Shown piece after piece: positions 49,340-59,805 of a DNA stretch of 64,000 nucleotides (within the stretch, counting starts at the first letter, position 1; each line of letters opens with the position of its first letter). Where the stretch lies: NCBI GenBank assembly GCA_047946875.1, contig CP181398.1:15154-79153 (forward strand), in the 5' to 3' direction. The notes below the pieces were generated by a model that did not search any database, was not told the DNA's origin, and saw only the letters and a list, made by a program, of their open reading frames with translations. The stretch comes from Candidatus Kerfeldbacteria bacterium. Its GTDB lineage: Bacteria; Patescibacteriota; Patescibacteriia; UBA10025; JAHIVO01. The translations under genes were made by a program, and so were the position numbers.

Positions 49340-51287
49340 TAAAATTCTAGACAACATGGAGGTGATTCGTAATAATATTGTTTTGGTTATTTTTTCATTA
49401 TTAATCTTCGTACCAACTTTTTTTACAGGGGAGTGGAATAAGTGGATACAGTCATTTATATTGGTCTTAGTTTTTTTATTAATATACTATGCAGTAAAAT
49501 TATTTGGAGATCAGAGATATAAATTTAAAAATTTTAAAGAAAAATATTTATTAAATCCTAATACTTATTTAATAATTTTTTTCATTGTAATAATTGTTAC
49601 ATCTTTTTTTTCTACAAATAAATATAAAAGTTTTAGTTTGTTGTTTTTGATGTTTGGATTTATATCAATATATTTCGTGGCTTATTTATTTTTTAATAAC
49701 TGGGAAAGATTTTTAAAAATTACAAAGATTATTTTTTTTACTGGTGTTGTGGTATCCCTGATATCATTGATAATGTATTTCTTTCAATCTTCATCTAGAG
49801 CTAGTGGTTTTCTATATAACGCTAATGCATTGGGTAGTTATATGATATTTAGTATATTATTAGGTTTGCCATTTATATTAGTTGAGAGTAAAAGGAGGTA
49901 TCTATATTTTGTTGGGTGGATTAGTATTACATTGTCATTATTTTTAAGTTTTTCATATACCGCTTGGGTTGGTTTAATTCTTCCAATTATTTTTTTTATT
50001 ATTTATTTTCGAAAAAAGATATTTATAAAAAGATATTTAATATTATTATTATTGTTTGTCGTTATTTTTTTAATTGTTATCGTTGGTATAAGATACCAAC
50101 AAACTAATGATTTATCTGAGTCAATAAAAGTATATAAAGTAATAACATTAGAACATATTATTTTTAGTTTTAATCAAAGATTTGATTTTAATTTAGCAGC
50201 ATTTGATATAGCAAAAGACAATATCATAACTGGCAGTGGTTATAATACATTTCAATCAACTTATGGTAGGTATTGGTATTCAATTTTTGAACAACCTAGG
50301 TATGCCCATAATTATTTTATACAAACATTATCAGATATTGGTGTAGTAGGATTTTTATCATTTATTATGTTTATAATATTATTGTTAAAGAATTTTTATT
50401 ACCTAGTAAAAAATCAGGTTAATGAGCACAAAAAAATAATAATTCTTGTTTCATTTTTGGCAATTCTTGGTTCAATAATTCATTCACTATTTGATTTTGG
50501 TTGGCAATTTCCTTCAGTTTACATTTTATTTTGGATCTTAGCAGGAAGTTTAATGGCTTTATCAAAAGAAGAGTATATAATTGAAGATAGTATAAATGAT
50601 AATAAACAGAATAAAAATAAAATTATTAAAGTTGGAGTTATGATACTTGCATTAATAATTTTAGGAAGAGGAATTACTTTGCTTGGAGCAAATTATCATT
50701 TTCAACAAGCTGAAATATCAAAAATTAATAAAGAATATGCATTAGAGTCAGAATATTTGTTGAAGGGTTATAATTTAGATCCCAAACCAACAAAGTTGGT
50801 AGATTATGTCCAGGCAAAAATTCAATTATCTGCAACATTAACAAAGGATGATTATATCGAATTGGAGGATTATATGTTGAGGTTAATAAATATAAATAAT
50901 GAGGAATATTTTGCTCATTGGATGCTTGGAAAAGTGTATTTTTTACAAAAAAAATATGATCAAGCGATTATTCAATATAAAACTGCTATAGAATTTAATC
51001 CAGTTTTTAGACCTGATTTTCATTATGATTTAGCTCTGGTTTATTATGAACAAGGAGATCTAATAGTTGCTAAACAAACAATTTTTAAAATTTTAGATAT
51101 ATATCCAGAGGGGATACATACAAGTAATCCTAACCTTCCACAGCAATTAGCTTTTTTAAATTTATTATTGGGTAGAATTTATGAAGATCAAGATGACATT
51201 GTAAAGGCAAGGCAATATTATACAATATCTTTGGAGTTGAAACCAGATTTTTCTCTTGCAGAAGGTCAGTTGAAAAAATTATATTAA
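49332..51287 (+). CDS. Wzy_C / O-antigen-ligase-like polytopic membrane protein with C-terminal TPR repeats. Candidate PglL/PilO-type O-oligosaccharyltransferase
   Basis: About 12 TM helices. Wzy_C-like periplasmic loop GSGYNTFQSTYGRYWYSIFEQPRYAHNYFIQTLSDIGVVG. TPR-like C-terminus. Confidence 0.6.
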   Translation: MINKILDNMEVIRNNIVLVIFSLLIFVPTFFTGEWNKWIQSFILVLVFLLIYYAVKLFGDQRYKFKNFKEKYLLNPNTYLIIFFIVIIVTSFFSTNKYKSFSLLFLMFGFISIYFVAYLFFNNWERFLKITKIIFFTGVVVSLISLIMYFFQSSSRASGFLYNANALGSYMIFSILLGLPFILVESKRRYLYFVGWISITLSLFLSFSYTAWVGLILPIIFFIIYFRKKIFIKRYLILLLLFVVIFLIVIVGIRYQQTNDLSESIKVYKVITLEHIIFSFNQRFDFNLAAFDIAKDNIITGSGYNTFQSTYGRYWYSIFEQPRYAHNYFIQTLSDIGVVGFLSFIMFIILLLKNFYYLVKNQVNEHKKIIILVSFLAILGSIIHSLFDFGWQFPSVYILFWILAGSLMALSKEEYIIEDSINDNKQNKNKIIKVGVMILALIILGRGITLLGANYHFQQAEISKINKEYALESEYLLKGYNLDPKPTKLVDYVQAKIQLSATLTKDDYIELEDYMLRLININNEEYFAHWMLGKVYFLQKKYDQAIIQYKTAIEFNPVFRPDFHYDLALVYYEQGDLIVAKQTIFKILDIYPEGIHTSNPNLPQQLAFLNLLLGRIYEDQDDIVKARQYYTISLELKPDFSLAEGQLKKLY

Positions 51288-51326
51288 TTTAGTATAATAA
51301 ATTTATTAGAATCCTATAATAAGGTT

Positions 51327-51830
51327 ATGAAATTTAATAATAAGGGGTTTACATTAATTGAATTATTGGTAGTAATTGCCATAATTGGAATTTTAGCAGC
51401 TTTTGGTTTATTAGCTTTAAACGATGCAAAAGAATCAGCACGTGATTCTGTTCGAGTTTCTGATTTATCTCAATATAGATTGGCAATGCAGTTGTATTAT
51501 GACAGTTATGGGCATTACCCAATTCCAGTGACAGCAAGCCTAATCCCAAGTAAGACTGGTCCAGATACAAGCTATGAGGTTGTGTTAAATTCAGTTGATG
51601 GCTCTATATTTTCAGTAACCAATAATCCTATAGTACCCGAGTATATTAGCGGAGTATTAGTTGATCCTTTTAATACATTAGATTATCATTATTTCTATGA
51701 TACTGATGATGGTAATCATCAAGAATATGTTTTATGTTTTTATAAAGAGAGTGTTAATTTTACTTCAAGGTATTTTCATTCATCAGGTTCATTTGCGGAA
51801 GGCCCTGATTGTGTAGGTTTAACTTTGTAA
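51327..51830 (+). CDS. Type IV pilin or minor pilin
   Basis: MKFNNKG/FTLIELLVVIAIIGILA prepilin motif. Confidence 0.75.
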   Translation: MKFNNKGFTLIELLVVIAIIGILAAFGLLALNDAKESARDSVRVSDLSQYRLAMQLYYDSYGHYPIPVTASLIPSKTGPDTSYEVVLNSVDGSIFSVTNNPIVPEYISGVLVDPFNTLDYHYFYDTDDGNHQEYVLCFYKESVNFTSRYFHSSGSFAEGPDCVGLTL

Positions 51831-51832
51831 TT

Positions 51833-52252
51833 ATGAATAATAATCAAAAAGGCGTAAATTTAGTCTCAGTAATAATCTCAATAATAGTGATTGGTGTCAT
51901 TATTGGTGGTGGATTTTTGTTACTTAATAATGAGCGATCGAAAACTAGAGATGCAAAAAGACTTTCTGATATAACTAGAATACAGGCGGCTTTTGAATTT
52001 TTATATAATGATACGGCGAGTTATGAATTAGCAGCTATTACTGGTTGTGATGTAGTTGGTAGTACAGTAGATACGTGCAATCTAAAACAATACATGCCAT
52101 CTATTGTGAATATGAAAGATCCAGGTAAATTTAGTTATGTTGTAAATGTGGTGCCTGATGAAGAAACTTATACTATAGTATTCCGACTTGAGAATAGTTA
52201 TAATAATTATGCTTCAGGTGCACATACTTTGACCCCAGTCGGGATTAGGTAA
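51833..52252 (+). CDS. Pseudopilin-like protein (atypical: no E+5)
   Basis: MNNNQKG/VNLVSVIISIIVIGVIIGG hydrophobic N-terminus. Start inferred at the internal Met of the ORF 51809-52252. Confidence 0.5.
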   Translation: MNNNQKGVNLVSVIISIIVIGVIIGGGFLLLNNERSKTRDAKRLSDITRIQAAFEFLYNDTASYELAAITGCDVVGSTVDTCNLKQYMPSIVNMKDPGKFSYVVNVVPDEETYTIVFRLENSYNNYASGAHTLTPVGIR

Positions 52253-52332
52253 TTTTTTATGTATAATATACGCTTTATTAGGTGTTTTTTTGTTTCTCAT
52301 TTTTACTATTTTTTGGTATAATAAACAGTATT

Positions 52333-53085
52333 ATGAATATAATATTAGTCACAATTTTAGGTTTGGTGGTTGGAAGTTTTCTGAACGCTGTCATTTATCG
52401 TCTTCATGTAAAAGTAAGTTTTATGCGAGGTCGTTCGTATTGTCCAAGTTGTAAACATGATTTAAGTGCAAAAGATTTAGTGCCATTATTTAGCTTTTTA
52501 TTCTTAAGAGGTAAGTGTAGATATTGTAGCAAAAAAATATCTTGGCAATATCCATTGGTAGAATTTTTTATTATGGTTTCTTTTTTAATATTATATTGGC
52601 AATTTGGTTTGAGTTTAGATTTTTTCGTTTATTTAATATACACAGGTTTTTTAGCCGTTATTTTTGTATATGACTTAAAATATTATTTGATATTGGACAA
52701 GGTAAGTATCCCAGCCATAGTTGTTGCTTTTTTATTATCATTTTTTGTGTTAGAAATTGGAATAGTTAGTTTACTAATAAGTGTATTAATTGGTGGTGGA
52801 TTTTTTCTGTTACAGTTCGTAATTTCAAAAGGAAAATGGATAGGTGGTGGGGATATACGGCTAGGAGTTCTTATGGGGTTAATGCTTGGCTACCCAGTTA
52901 TCTTGGTGGCTTTATTTATAGCTTATATTTTAGGATCCGTAATTGGAGTAGTGCTGATAGCTGGTAAAAAAAAGAAATGGAAGAGCCAGGTTCCATTTGG
53001 TACTTTTTTATCTATAGCAACTTATATAGCTTTTATATTTGGTGAGTATATCGTAAATTATTATCAAGATTTATTTTTATTATGA
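52333..53085 (+). CDS. pilD: Prepilin peptidase PilD (A24 family)
   Basis: CPSC...CRYC zinc motif and the catalytic GGGD region (IGGGDIRLGVLMG). The ORF track starts at 52282; a Met at 52333 fits better. Confidence 0.8.
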   Translation: MNIILVTILGLVVGSFLNAVIYRLHVKVSFMRGRSYCPSCKHDLSAKDLVPLFSFLFLRGKCRYCSKKISWQYPLVEFFIMVSFLILYWQFGLSLDFFVYLIYTGFLAVIFVYDLKYYLILDKVSIPAIVVAFLLSFFVLEIGIVSLLISVLIGGGFFLLQFVISKGKWIGGGDIRLGVLMGLMLGYPVILVALFIAYILGSVIGVVLIAGKKKKWKSQVPFGTFLSIATYIAFIFGEYIVNYYQDLFLL

Positions 53086-53786
53086 CAAAAGATTCACAAA
53101 AAGGATTCACATTAGTTGAACTTTTAATTGTTATTTTCATAATTGGAGTTTTATTAATAGTAGTAGCAGTAAATTTTGATAGAGGTAAACGTTCGAATGA
53201 CTTGAAAGCTGCGGGTTTAGATATTGAAAGAAATTTTCGTCAAGCACAGAATTATAGTATTAGTGGTAATACATATAAATACTGTTCCGAAATAAGCACA
53301 AATTCATTTTATAGGTGCAGCATTGATACTGACTGTCCACCAAATGTAGAACCACCATCACTTGGTACTTGTATTACATCGGTTCCGCCAGGAGGGTATG
53401 GGATTCAGATTTCTTCAACTGAAAATTATATATTGTTTGGGAATACTACTGCTGATAATACCTTTCTTGATAATATTGAAGATTATGAAATTATTTATAA
53501 TAATTTGACATTGAATGGTATGCATATCAGTCAAATTAAATTCGGTGATCAACCATCATTTACAGCAGCTTCAGTCGCTAATAAAGTAGATGTGATTTTT
53601 TCCGTACCAACAGGACAAATTAGTTTTTATCTTGATGATGTAGAAGTTCTTGATGAAAATGATCAACCTATTGTGACATTAGAAATATTAGTTAGTAGTG
53701 ATTATGTATCAACTAGTTGTAGAAAAATTACTATTAATAGAATAACGGGATTAATAAATGAAATTCAAAGTGATTGTAGTATTTAG
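53082..53786 (+). CDS. Minor pilin / pseudopilin (FimT/GspH-like)
   Basis: KG/FTLVELLIVIFIIGVLL prepilin motif. Confidence 0.7.
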   Translation: MTKDSQKGFTLVELLIVIFIIGVLLIVVAVNFDRGKRSNDLKAAGLDIERNFRQAQNYSISGNTYKYCSEISTNSFYRCSIDTDCPPNVEPPSLGTCITSVPPGGYGIQISSTENYILFGNTTADNTFLDNIEDYEIIYNNLTLNGMHISQIKFGDQPSFTAASVANKVDVIFSVPTGQISFYLDDVEVLDENDQPIVTLEILVSSDYVSTSCRKITINRITGLINEIQSDCSI

Positions 53787-53795
53787 AAAATTATT

Positions 53796-54404
53796 ATGTT
53801 GAAAAAAATAATAAAAAATGAATCAGGTCAAAGTTTAATGGAAATGTTAATAGCTATTTTCATTTTAATTTTAGCTTTGACAGCTACTATAGTTTTGATA
53901 GTTACTAGCATTAATGCTGCTAGAGATAGTATGAATAAATTAGTTGCTACAAATTTATCAAGAGAGGGGATTGAAATAGTTAGAAATATTAGAGATAGTA
54001 ATTGGATTCATCCTGACGGAGAAGATTGGGATAAAGATTTGGATACAGACAATACAGCCATCCCAGAGATTGATGGAACCAGTAATATAAGTTTGGATTT
54101 TACTCCGGCTGATTTTTCTAATCCTTTATTGGTAGGTATAAAATTATCCGGCAATGATTATGTCCAAGGGGCATCGGCGACTGGTAATAATACTTTGTTT
54201 ACAAGATTGATATACTTAAATCCTATTTGCCATGATTATTCTAACCCACCTGCAGTTGATGAAACAATAATTGATACAGGCACATGTGCTGGAAACTATG
54301 AAAAAGTGGGTGTAAGAGTAATATCAGAAGTTAGGTGGCATGCGACTAATTCAAATAGGAAAGTTATATTAGAAGATCGTTTGTATAACTGGCAAAATTT
54401 ATAA
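53796..54404 (+). CDS. Minor pilin (PilV-like)
   Basis: G/QSLMEMLIAIFILILAL prepilin motif. Confidence 0.6.
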   Translation: MLKKIIKNESGQSLMEMLIAIFILILALTATIVLIVTSINAARDSMNKLVATNLSREGIEIVRNIRDSNWIHPDGEDWDKDLDTDNTAIPEIDGTSNISLDFTPADFSNPLLVGIKLSGNDYVQGASATGNNTLFTRLIYLNPICHDYSNPPAVDETIIDTGTCAGNYEKVGVRVISEVRWHATNSNRKVILEDRLYNWQNL

Positions 54405-54412
54405 ATAATAAG

Positions 54413-55162
54413 ATGTCTAAACAACAAAAATTAAATAATTCAGGCTTTACTTTGATAGAAATGCTAATTGCTATTTCAATTTTTTCACTTGTATTGATAG
54501 TGGCAACAAACATCTACATAACTATTAATAATAGTCAGCGCAAAGTTGTAACTCAGCAAAAAATTCAGGATGATATTAGATTTTTATTTGAGGCGATAGC
54601 TCAAGAAATTAGATTGGGGAGTATAAATTATGATTTTTATGAGAATAATAATATAAATTTACATACTGGTTTAGGAGGTTCAGATAATAGTATTTTAGCA
54701 ATCAATAGTCAGTCAGGAGATGAAATATTTTTCAGACGTAGTAGTGATCCATTTAATACTAATAATGGACAAGGAAATAAAGTTGAATATTGTACAGTAA
54801 ATGATTTTAATGATTGTGCTTTGGATGATGATACATTATGGCAAAGCGTTACACCGGCGGGTGTTGAAACTTTAGATCTCCGTTTTGCAATTACCCCGTC
54901 CGCCAATCCATTTGTAGAAACATCCACAGTTAGTTGTACGAGTAATGCTGAATGTGATTTGGGGTATGTTTGTGATACTATTGATGACTATATATGTGAG
55001 TATGATAGTGATGGTCAAAATTTTCAACCAAAAGTAAGATTTGTTTTAAATTCGCGGGGTATAGGTAGAAATAAGGGGGAAGAATCGGAAATTTTAATGC
55101 AAACAATAATTTCTACAAGAATATTTACTGGTGCAGTTCAAAATCTAAATTATGAATTATAA
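54413..55162 (+). CDS. Minor pilin (PilW-like)
   Basis: SG/FTLIEMLIAISIFSLVL prepilin motif. Confidence 0.6.
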   Translation: MSKQQKLNNSGFTLIEMLIAISIFSLVLIVATNIYITINNSQRKVVTQQKIQDDIRFLFEAIAQEIRLGSINYDFYENNNINLHTGLGGSDNSILAINSQSGDEIFFRRSSDPFNTNNGQGNKVEYCTVNDFNDCALDDDTLWQSVTPAGVETLDLRFAITPSANPFVETSTVSCTSNAECDLGYVCDTIDDYICEYDSDGQNFQPKVRFVLNSRGIGRNKGEESEILMQTIISTRIFTGAVQNLNYEL

Positions 55163-56654
55163 ACTTTTAAAAAATCAGCAAGGTTCAATTCTGTTATATT
55201 CTTTAATTGTAATTTCTATAATTTCAGCGATATCTATAATCGTATCTATTATTGTGGTTAATCAGATTAAGCTAACAAGTGGAGCTGCTAATGGTACACA
55301 GGCATACTATGCTGCCGAAGCTGGTATTGAGAAAGGTTTGTTTGCAGTTCGTTCGATGAGAGATGACCCTGATTTTTATTTAGAAGAACCATTAGAATTA
55401 AATTATTCGGCTATTAATATTATAAAAGGTTACTCTGACAGTAGCTTTGTAAATAAAGCTTCGTTTGATATATCACAGGCCGCAGCGGTTACTCCAAAGA
55501 TTGAAAATCAAGAAATCAAAGAAAATGAATCTGTGCAAATTGATTATTATGATGTAGACGATCCATTACGAGTAGATCCATTAACTCCAGAAGTTGTAAG
55601 TTTGACTATTCAGAACTCAGGAGATAATCCGGCGTCATGGGCCGAAGTATCTTGGACGGCTTGGGATAATCAAGGAGAATTGTTGACTTCAACTTCAGCA
55701 AGAAGAGTTATTGGTCCATCTGATTTGTCTAGAGTGAATGGCTGGCCAATAAATGATTTAGATGTATTTGAGGATGATGCAGTAGGATACAGAGTAAGAA
55801 TCAAAGCGTTAAAAGCGATACCTACAGATACAGAGCCTGGCGATTTGTCGAGTGTTACGGTTACTCCATATGACGGAGATGGAGATGAAATTTTTGATTT
55901 ACCATCACAAGTGGTTATTAAATCCATTGGAGAAAGGGGAGGTTTTAAGCAATCTCTTGTAGCTTCAGTTCCATGGAAATTGCCATTGTTCGGATTGTAT
56001 GATTATGTATTGTTTAGTGAAAGTGATATTTACAAGGATATTATTCTTAATGCTCCAACCTATAGTTCTGGGGTTATTCAGGTGGAAGCGGATATCCAGG
56101 GACTTTTTGGAACCTGCGAGAGTTGTAGTGCCTGCGAGAGTTTTGGCTGGAACGGATTAGATTGTCCTCTTCAACCACTTGGCGCGGATATACGTTGCGC
56201 AGACCAATCATCTTTTGGTGCGATTTGTAAATTAGCTGCTGATAATAGTGATAATGCTTTGGGATTCATTTTACCAGTTCCTGATAATGTACCGGAGGGA
56301 GATGAGTATTATGTATCAATAAAAGCAACTTACTTTGGATGTGATGAAGTTCCTGCCATCGATTGTGGTAGAGATATTGCTGTAGAAATAAATGGACAGT
56401 CAGTAGTTGTTAGCGATCAGGTACCATCTGGAGATCAGACAGATCATATCTGTACAATTCCTATTAGTTTCTCATTGGGTGATCCGACACTACCGGAGGA
56501 TGACAGCAGCCGAACGATTAAATTTACTGTTCATCCATATGGGTCAGCTACTGGTACCTCGGGAGTTGATCCAGGCGAATGGCATGATAGTGAATATGTT
56601 TTAGCTGATTGGTATCAGCTCAGTACTTATAAAATGTTTGATGATTGTTATTAA
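55152..56654 (+). CDS. PilX-like pilus tip or assembly protein
   Basis: Hydrophobic N-terminus followed by the PilX_N-like motif AYYAAEAGIEKG; 500 aa. Confidence 0.55.
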   Translation: MNYKLLKNQQGSILLYSLIVISIISAISIIVSIIVVNQIKLTSGAANGTQAYYAAEAGIEKGLFAVRSMRDDPDFYLEEPLELNYSAINIIKGYSDSSFVNKASFDISQAAAVTPKIENQEIKENESVQIDYYDVDDPLRVDPLTPEVVSLTIQNSGDNPASWAEVSWTAWDNQGELLTSTSARRVIGPSDLSRVNGWPINDLDVFEDDAVGYRVRIKALKAIPTDTEPGDLSSVTVTPYDGDGDEIFDLPSQVVIKSIGERGGFKQSLVASVPWKLPLFGLYDYVLFSESDIYKDIILNAPTYSSGVIQVEADIQGLFGTCESCSACESFGWNGLDCPLQPLGADIRCADQSSFGAICKLAADNSDNALGFILPVPDNVPEGDEYYVSIKATYFGCDEVPAIDCGRDIAVEINGQSVVVSDQVPSGDQTDHICTIPISFSLGDPTLPEDDSSRTIKFTVHPYGSATGTSGVDPGEWHDSEYVLADWYQLSTYKMFDDCY

Positions 56655-58684
56655 TGGATATGGGTATCAAGGAAGTACAACAAAGAATAGAGAAACTGAA
56701 AAAAGAGATAAATCACCATCGTTATCTTTATCACGTTTTGGATAAGCAAGAAATATCTGACGCTGCTTTGGATTCTCTGAAGCATGAACTTGATCAATTA
56801 GAAAAAGAAAATCCTGAGTTAATAACCCTAGACTCACCTACGCAACGTGTTAGTGGTCAGGCGATGGATAAATTTACAAAAGTCGCTCATCAAACAAGGA
56901 TGGTATCATTAACTGATGCTTTTTCATTTTCTGAGATTGAAGATTGGGAAAAAAGAAATAAGAAATTGTTAACCTCTTCAGAAAAATTAGATTATTATGC
57001 AGAACTGAAGATGGATGGTTTGGCAATGTCTCTAATATACAAAGATGGTAAGTTGGTAAAAGGTGTTACGAGAGGGGATGGAAAAATTGGTGAAGATGTA
57101 ACAAGTAATATAAGAACTATTGAAGCAATACCATTAATATTAAATAATAATAAATTAAAGCTAAATATCCCAAGTGAAGTAGAGGTGAGAGGTGAGGTTT
57201 ATATGCTTAAGTCTGTTTTTGATAAGTTGAATAAAGAACAAGAAAGCAATAATCAATCTAAGTTTGCTAATCCACGTAATGCAGCGGCTGGTTCTATTCG
57301 TCAACTTGATTCAAAAATTGCTGCTTCTAGGGAGCTTAGTTTTATGGCTTATGACTTAGTTACAGATTTTAGTCAGAAGACTCATCAAGAATCACATGAG
57401 CTATTAGAAAAAATTGGTTTTAGATCAGGCATGATTCATAATAAGCATTGTAATAATGTTAATGAAGTGCAAAAACATTTTGAAGATATTGGTAAACTTA
57501 GAAATGGATTAAAATTTTGGACTGATGGGGTGGTAGTAAATATTAATAATATTGAAACATATAAAAAACTTGGAATAGTAGGAAAAGCGCCTCGAGGTTC
57601 TATTGCTTACAAATATCCAGCAGAGCAAGCAACTACTATAGTTGAAGATATTCAAGTGCAGGTAGGTAGGACAGGAGCATTAACCCCGGTTGCTCATTTG
57701 AAGCCTGTGCAAGTAGCTGGTTCTACTGTGGCGCGTGCTACATTACATAATATAGATGAAATAGAGAGGTTGGGTGTGAGAATTGGGGATACTGTTATTA
57801 TTCAGAAAGCTGGTGATATTATACCTGATGTTGTAGAAGTACTACCAAAATTACGAACAGGAAAAGAAAAGAAATATAAAATGCCTACACATTGTCCCGT
57901 ATGTAATGCCAAGGTGAATAGAAAAGAAGGAGAAGTAGCATATTATTGTGATAATAAAGATTGCTATGCTTTACAACATCAATCTATGAAGCATTTTATT
58001 TCCAAGAAAGCGTTTGATATTGATGGGTTGGGACCTAGAGTATTAGATCAATTGTTTAAAGCAGATCTTATTAAAACACCAGCAGATCTTTTTGATTTAA
58101 AAATAGAAGATTTACAACCATTAGAAAGATTTGCAGATAAATCGGCAGAGAATTTGGTAGAGTCAATTAAAGATGCTAAAAAAATTTCATTAGCAAAATT
58201 TATTTATGCTCTTGGTATTCGTCACGTAGGAGAGGAGACGGCGATCACATTATCGCAGGAATACAAAACATTTGGTAAAATAATCAATATTCCTCTTAAA
58301 AAATTGGAAGCATTGAATGATATTGGTGGGGTTGTTGCAAAAAGTATTAATGAATATTTTCAAAATAAGGCAAATATTGATCTGGTAAATAAATTATTAA
58401 ATAAAGTTACAATTATTAAAGAAGTTAAAAAGATTCTATCGGACTTAAATACGAAGTTGGTAGATAAAAAAATAGTTGTTACAGGAATACTAGAAAGTAT
58501 GTCGCGTGACGAAGCTAAAGAGCAGATAAGAAGAGCGGGAGGTAAGTGGGTTTCATCAGTTTCAAAAAATACGGATTTCGTAGTAGCAGGAGATAAACCT
58601 GGGTCAAAAGTTGATAAAGCAAAGAAGTTGGGGATTAATGTGATTTCAGAAGAAGAATTTAAAAAATTGTTTAATCCAAAATAA
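56645..58684 (+). CDS. ligA: NAD-dependent DNA ligase
   Basis: KMDG adenylation motif, four-Cys zinc finger (CPVCNAKV...CDNKDC), HhH and C-terminal BRCT; 679 aa. Confidence 0.95.
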   Translation: MLLMDMGIKEVQQRIEKLKKEINHHRYLYHVLDKQEISDAALDSLKHELDQLEKENPELITLDSPTQRVSGQAMDKFTKVAHQTRMVSLTDAFSFSEIEDWEKRNKKLLTSSEKLDYYAELKMDGLAMSLIYKDGKLVKGVTRGDGKIGEDVTSNIRTIEAIPLILNNNKLKLNIPSEVEVRGEVYMLKSVFDKLNKEQESNNQSKFANPRNAAAGSIRQLDSKIAASRELSFMAYDLVTDFSQKTHQESHELLEKIGFRSGMIHNKHCNNVNEVQKHFEDIGKLRNGLKFWTDGVVVNINNIETYKKLGIVGKAPRGSIAYKYPAEQATTIVEDIQVQVGRTGALTPVAHLKPVQVAGSTVARATLHNIDEIERLGVRIGDTVIIQKAGDIIPDVVEVLPKLRTGKEKKYKMPTHCPVCNAKVNRKEGEVAYYCDNKDCYALQHQSMKHFISKKAFDIDGLGPRVLDQLFKADLIKTPADLFDLKIEDLQPLERFADKSAENLVESIKDAKKISLAKFIYALGIRHVGEETAITLSQEYKTFGKIINIPLKKLEALNDIGGVVAKSINEYFQNKANIDLVNKLLNKVTIIKEVKKILSDLNTKLVDKKIVVTGILESMSRDEAKEQIRRAGGKWVSSVSKNTDFVVAGDKPGSKVDKAKKLGINVISEEEFKKLFNPK

Positions 58685-58716
58685 AAAAGGAGTCTATTTT
58701 AAAGACTCCTTGTTAA
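58682..58716. terminator. Bidirectional terminator hairpin between convergent ligA and the minus-strand orphan gene
   Basis: Stem aaggagtct/agactcctt, flanked by an A-run on + (a T-run on minus). Confidence 0.55.
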
Positions 58717-58719
58717 AAA

Positions 58720-59724
58720 TTAGAATGGACATTGGGTGACTGAACTTTTGGTGATCTCGGGATCAAAAATCAAACGAGTTTTTCTTTCTTTTGGTGAGAG
58801 TTTTCTCCATTCGGAAATCATCATCTCAACCAAATGGGATAATTCTTCAAAACTTCCATATATATTGCGGAATTCGAAGTTTGTATAATTATCATGACCA
58901 GAGAAGGTAATAAAATGACCATTGGAACCTATTAAGGCTATCGTATATTGCCCCAATGCGGTCCAGACAAGCAAGGTTATATCATGGAATTGTGCTTTTA
59001 AACCAGAACAGATGCGTTTTTTCTCATGATCAATCATAATCTGTTTTGCTCCAGCAGTATATACCTGTTGGGCAAAACGATTTGTGAGCGTTTCTATCAT
59101 GTCTTTGAGTTTGACCATACGTGGCTCATTGTTTTGCCATGCTTGGATAGCTAGGTCAAAAACATCAAAAACTACATTGGAAAATAGATCCGTTTGGTTG
59201 AGCAGCTTTTTCCAGCCTTGCTTTGGTTTTTGGTATATGACAATTTCAATTTTATTGTCAATAAACTCCCCAATATATTTCCCTTCCTCGATCATATTAT
59301 TTGTAGGACTTTTAAACCAATTTTGAACCTGTACCCAGATGATTGAATCGAGAATATCTAAATCAACACCTTGAAGATAATCAATAATGTAAGAGTGGCT
59401 ATTTTCAGGACTCCATTTTACTGTCTTGATAATTTGGTTTTTTGAACCGGCCAAGACTACAGAGTTTTTTACCGATGATCTTTGGCCTCGGCGTTCAGGA
59501 TTATCATTATCTGGTCTAGGCTCAATGGTGTCAGAGAAAATTTCATTATTTCCGTTCTTATCTTTTTTTACCCAGAGAAATAATGTTTCAGCATCAGTTC
59601 GTTGAACTTTGATGCAAATACCTGGATCATTATCACGAGAATCGTAAATTTGTTCTAGGATTTTTACCAGGATTGGAAACTGTTTTAAAAGTTTATTCCT
59701 TTTTTGTTTAGGTTGAGACTTCAT
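58720..59724 (-). CDS. Orphan hypothetical protein (334 aa). GC about 37%, above the local background
   Basis: Long ORF with a good RBS (aaggag about 7 nt before ATG) and no recognisable motifs. Confidence 0.55.
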   Translation of the reverse strand: MKSQPKQKRNKLLKQFPILVKILEQIYDSRDNDPGICIKVQRTDAETLFLWVKKDKNGNNEIFSDTIEPRPDNDNPERRGQRSSVKNSVVLAGSKNQIIKTVKWSPENSHSYIIDYLQGVDLDILDSIIWVQVQNWFKSPTNNMIEEGKYIGEFIDNKIEIVIYQKPKQGWKKLLNQTDLFSNVVFDVFDLAIQAWQNNEPRMVKLKDMIETLTNRFAQQVYTAGAKQIMIDHEKKRICSGLKAQFHDITLLVWTALGQYTIALIGSNGHFITFSGHDNYTNFEFRNIYGSFEELSHLVEMMISEWRKLSPKERKTRLIFDPEITKSSVTQCPF

Positions 59725-59740
59725 ACGAAGGCTCCTTTCT

Positions 59741-59805
59741 TCACTTTTTCAGCGTTCCGCTGATATGGATTGGTTTCAATTTACAACTAGCGTTCCGCTA
59801 GTCAA
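59741..59805 (-). promoter_or_regulatory. Candidate promoter (-35 agtcaa at 59800-59805, -10 aattta at 59778-59783 on +, i.e. TTGACT...TAAATT on minus) with two related palindromic operator-like sites
   Basis: Palindromes tcagcgttccgctga (59741-59755) and ctagcgttccgctag (59787-59801), centres about 46 bp apart. One overlaps the promoter spacer and one lies in the 5' UTR. Confidence 0.4.
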
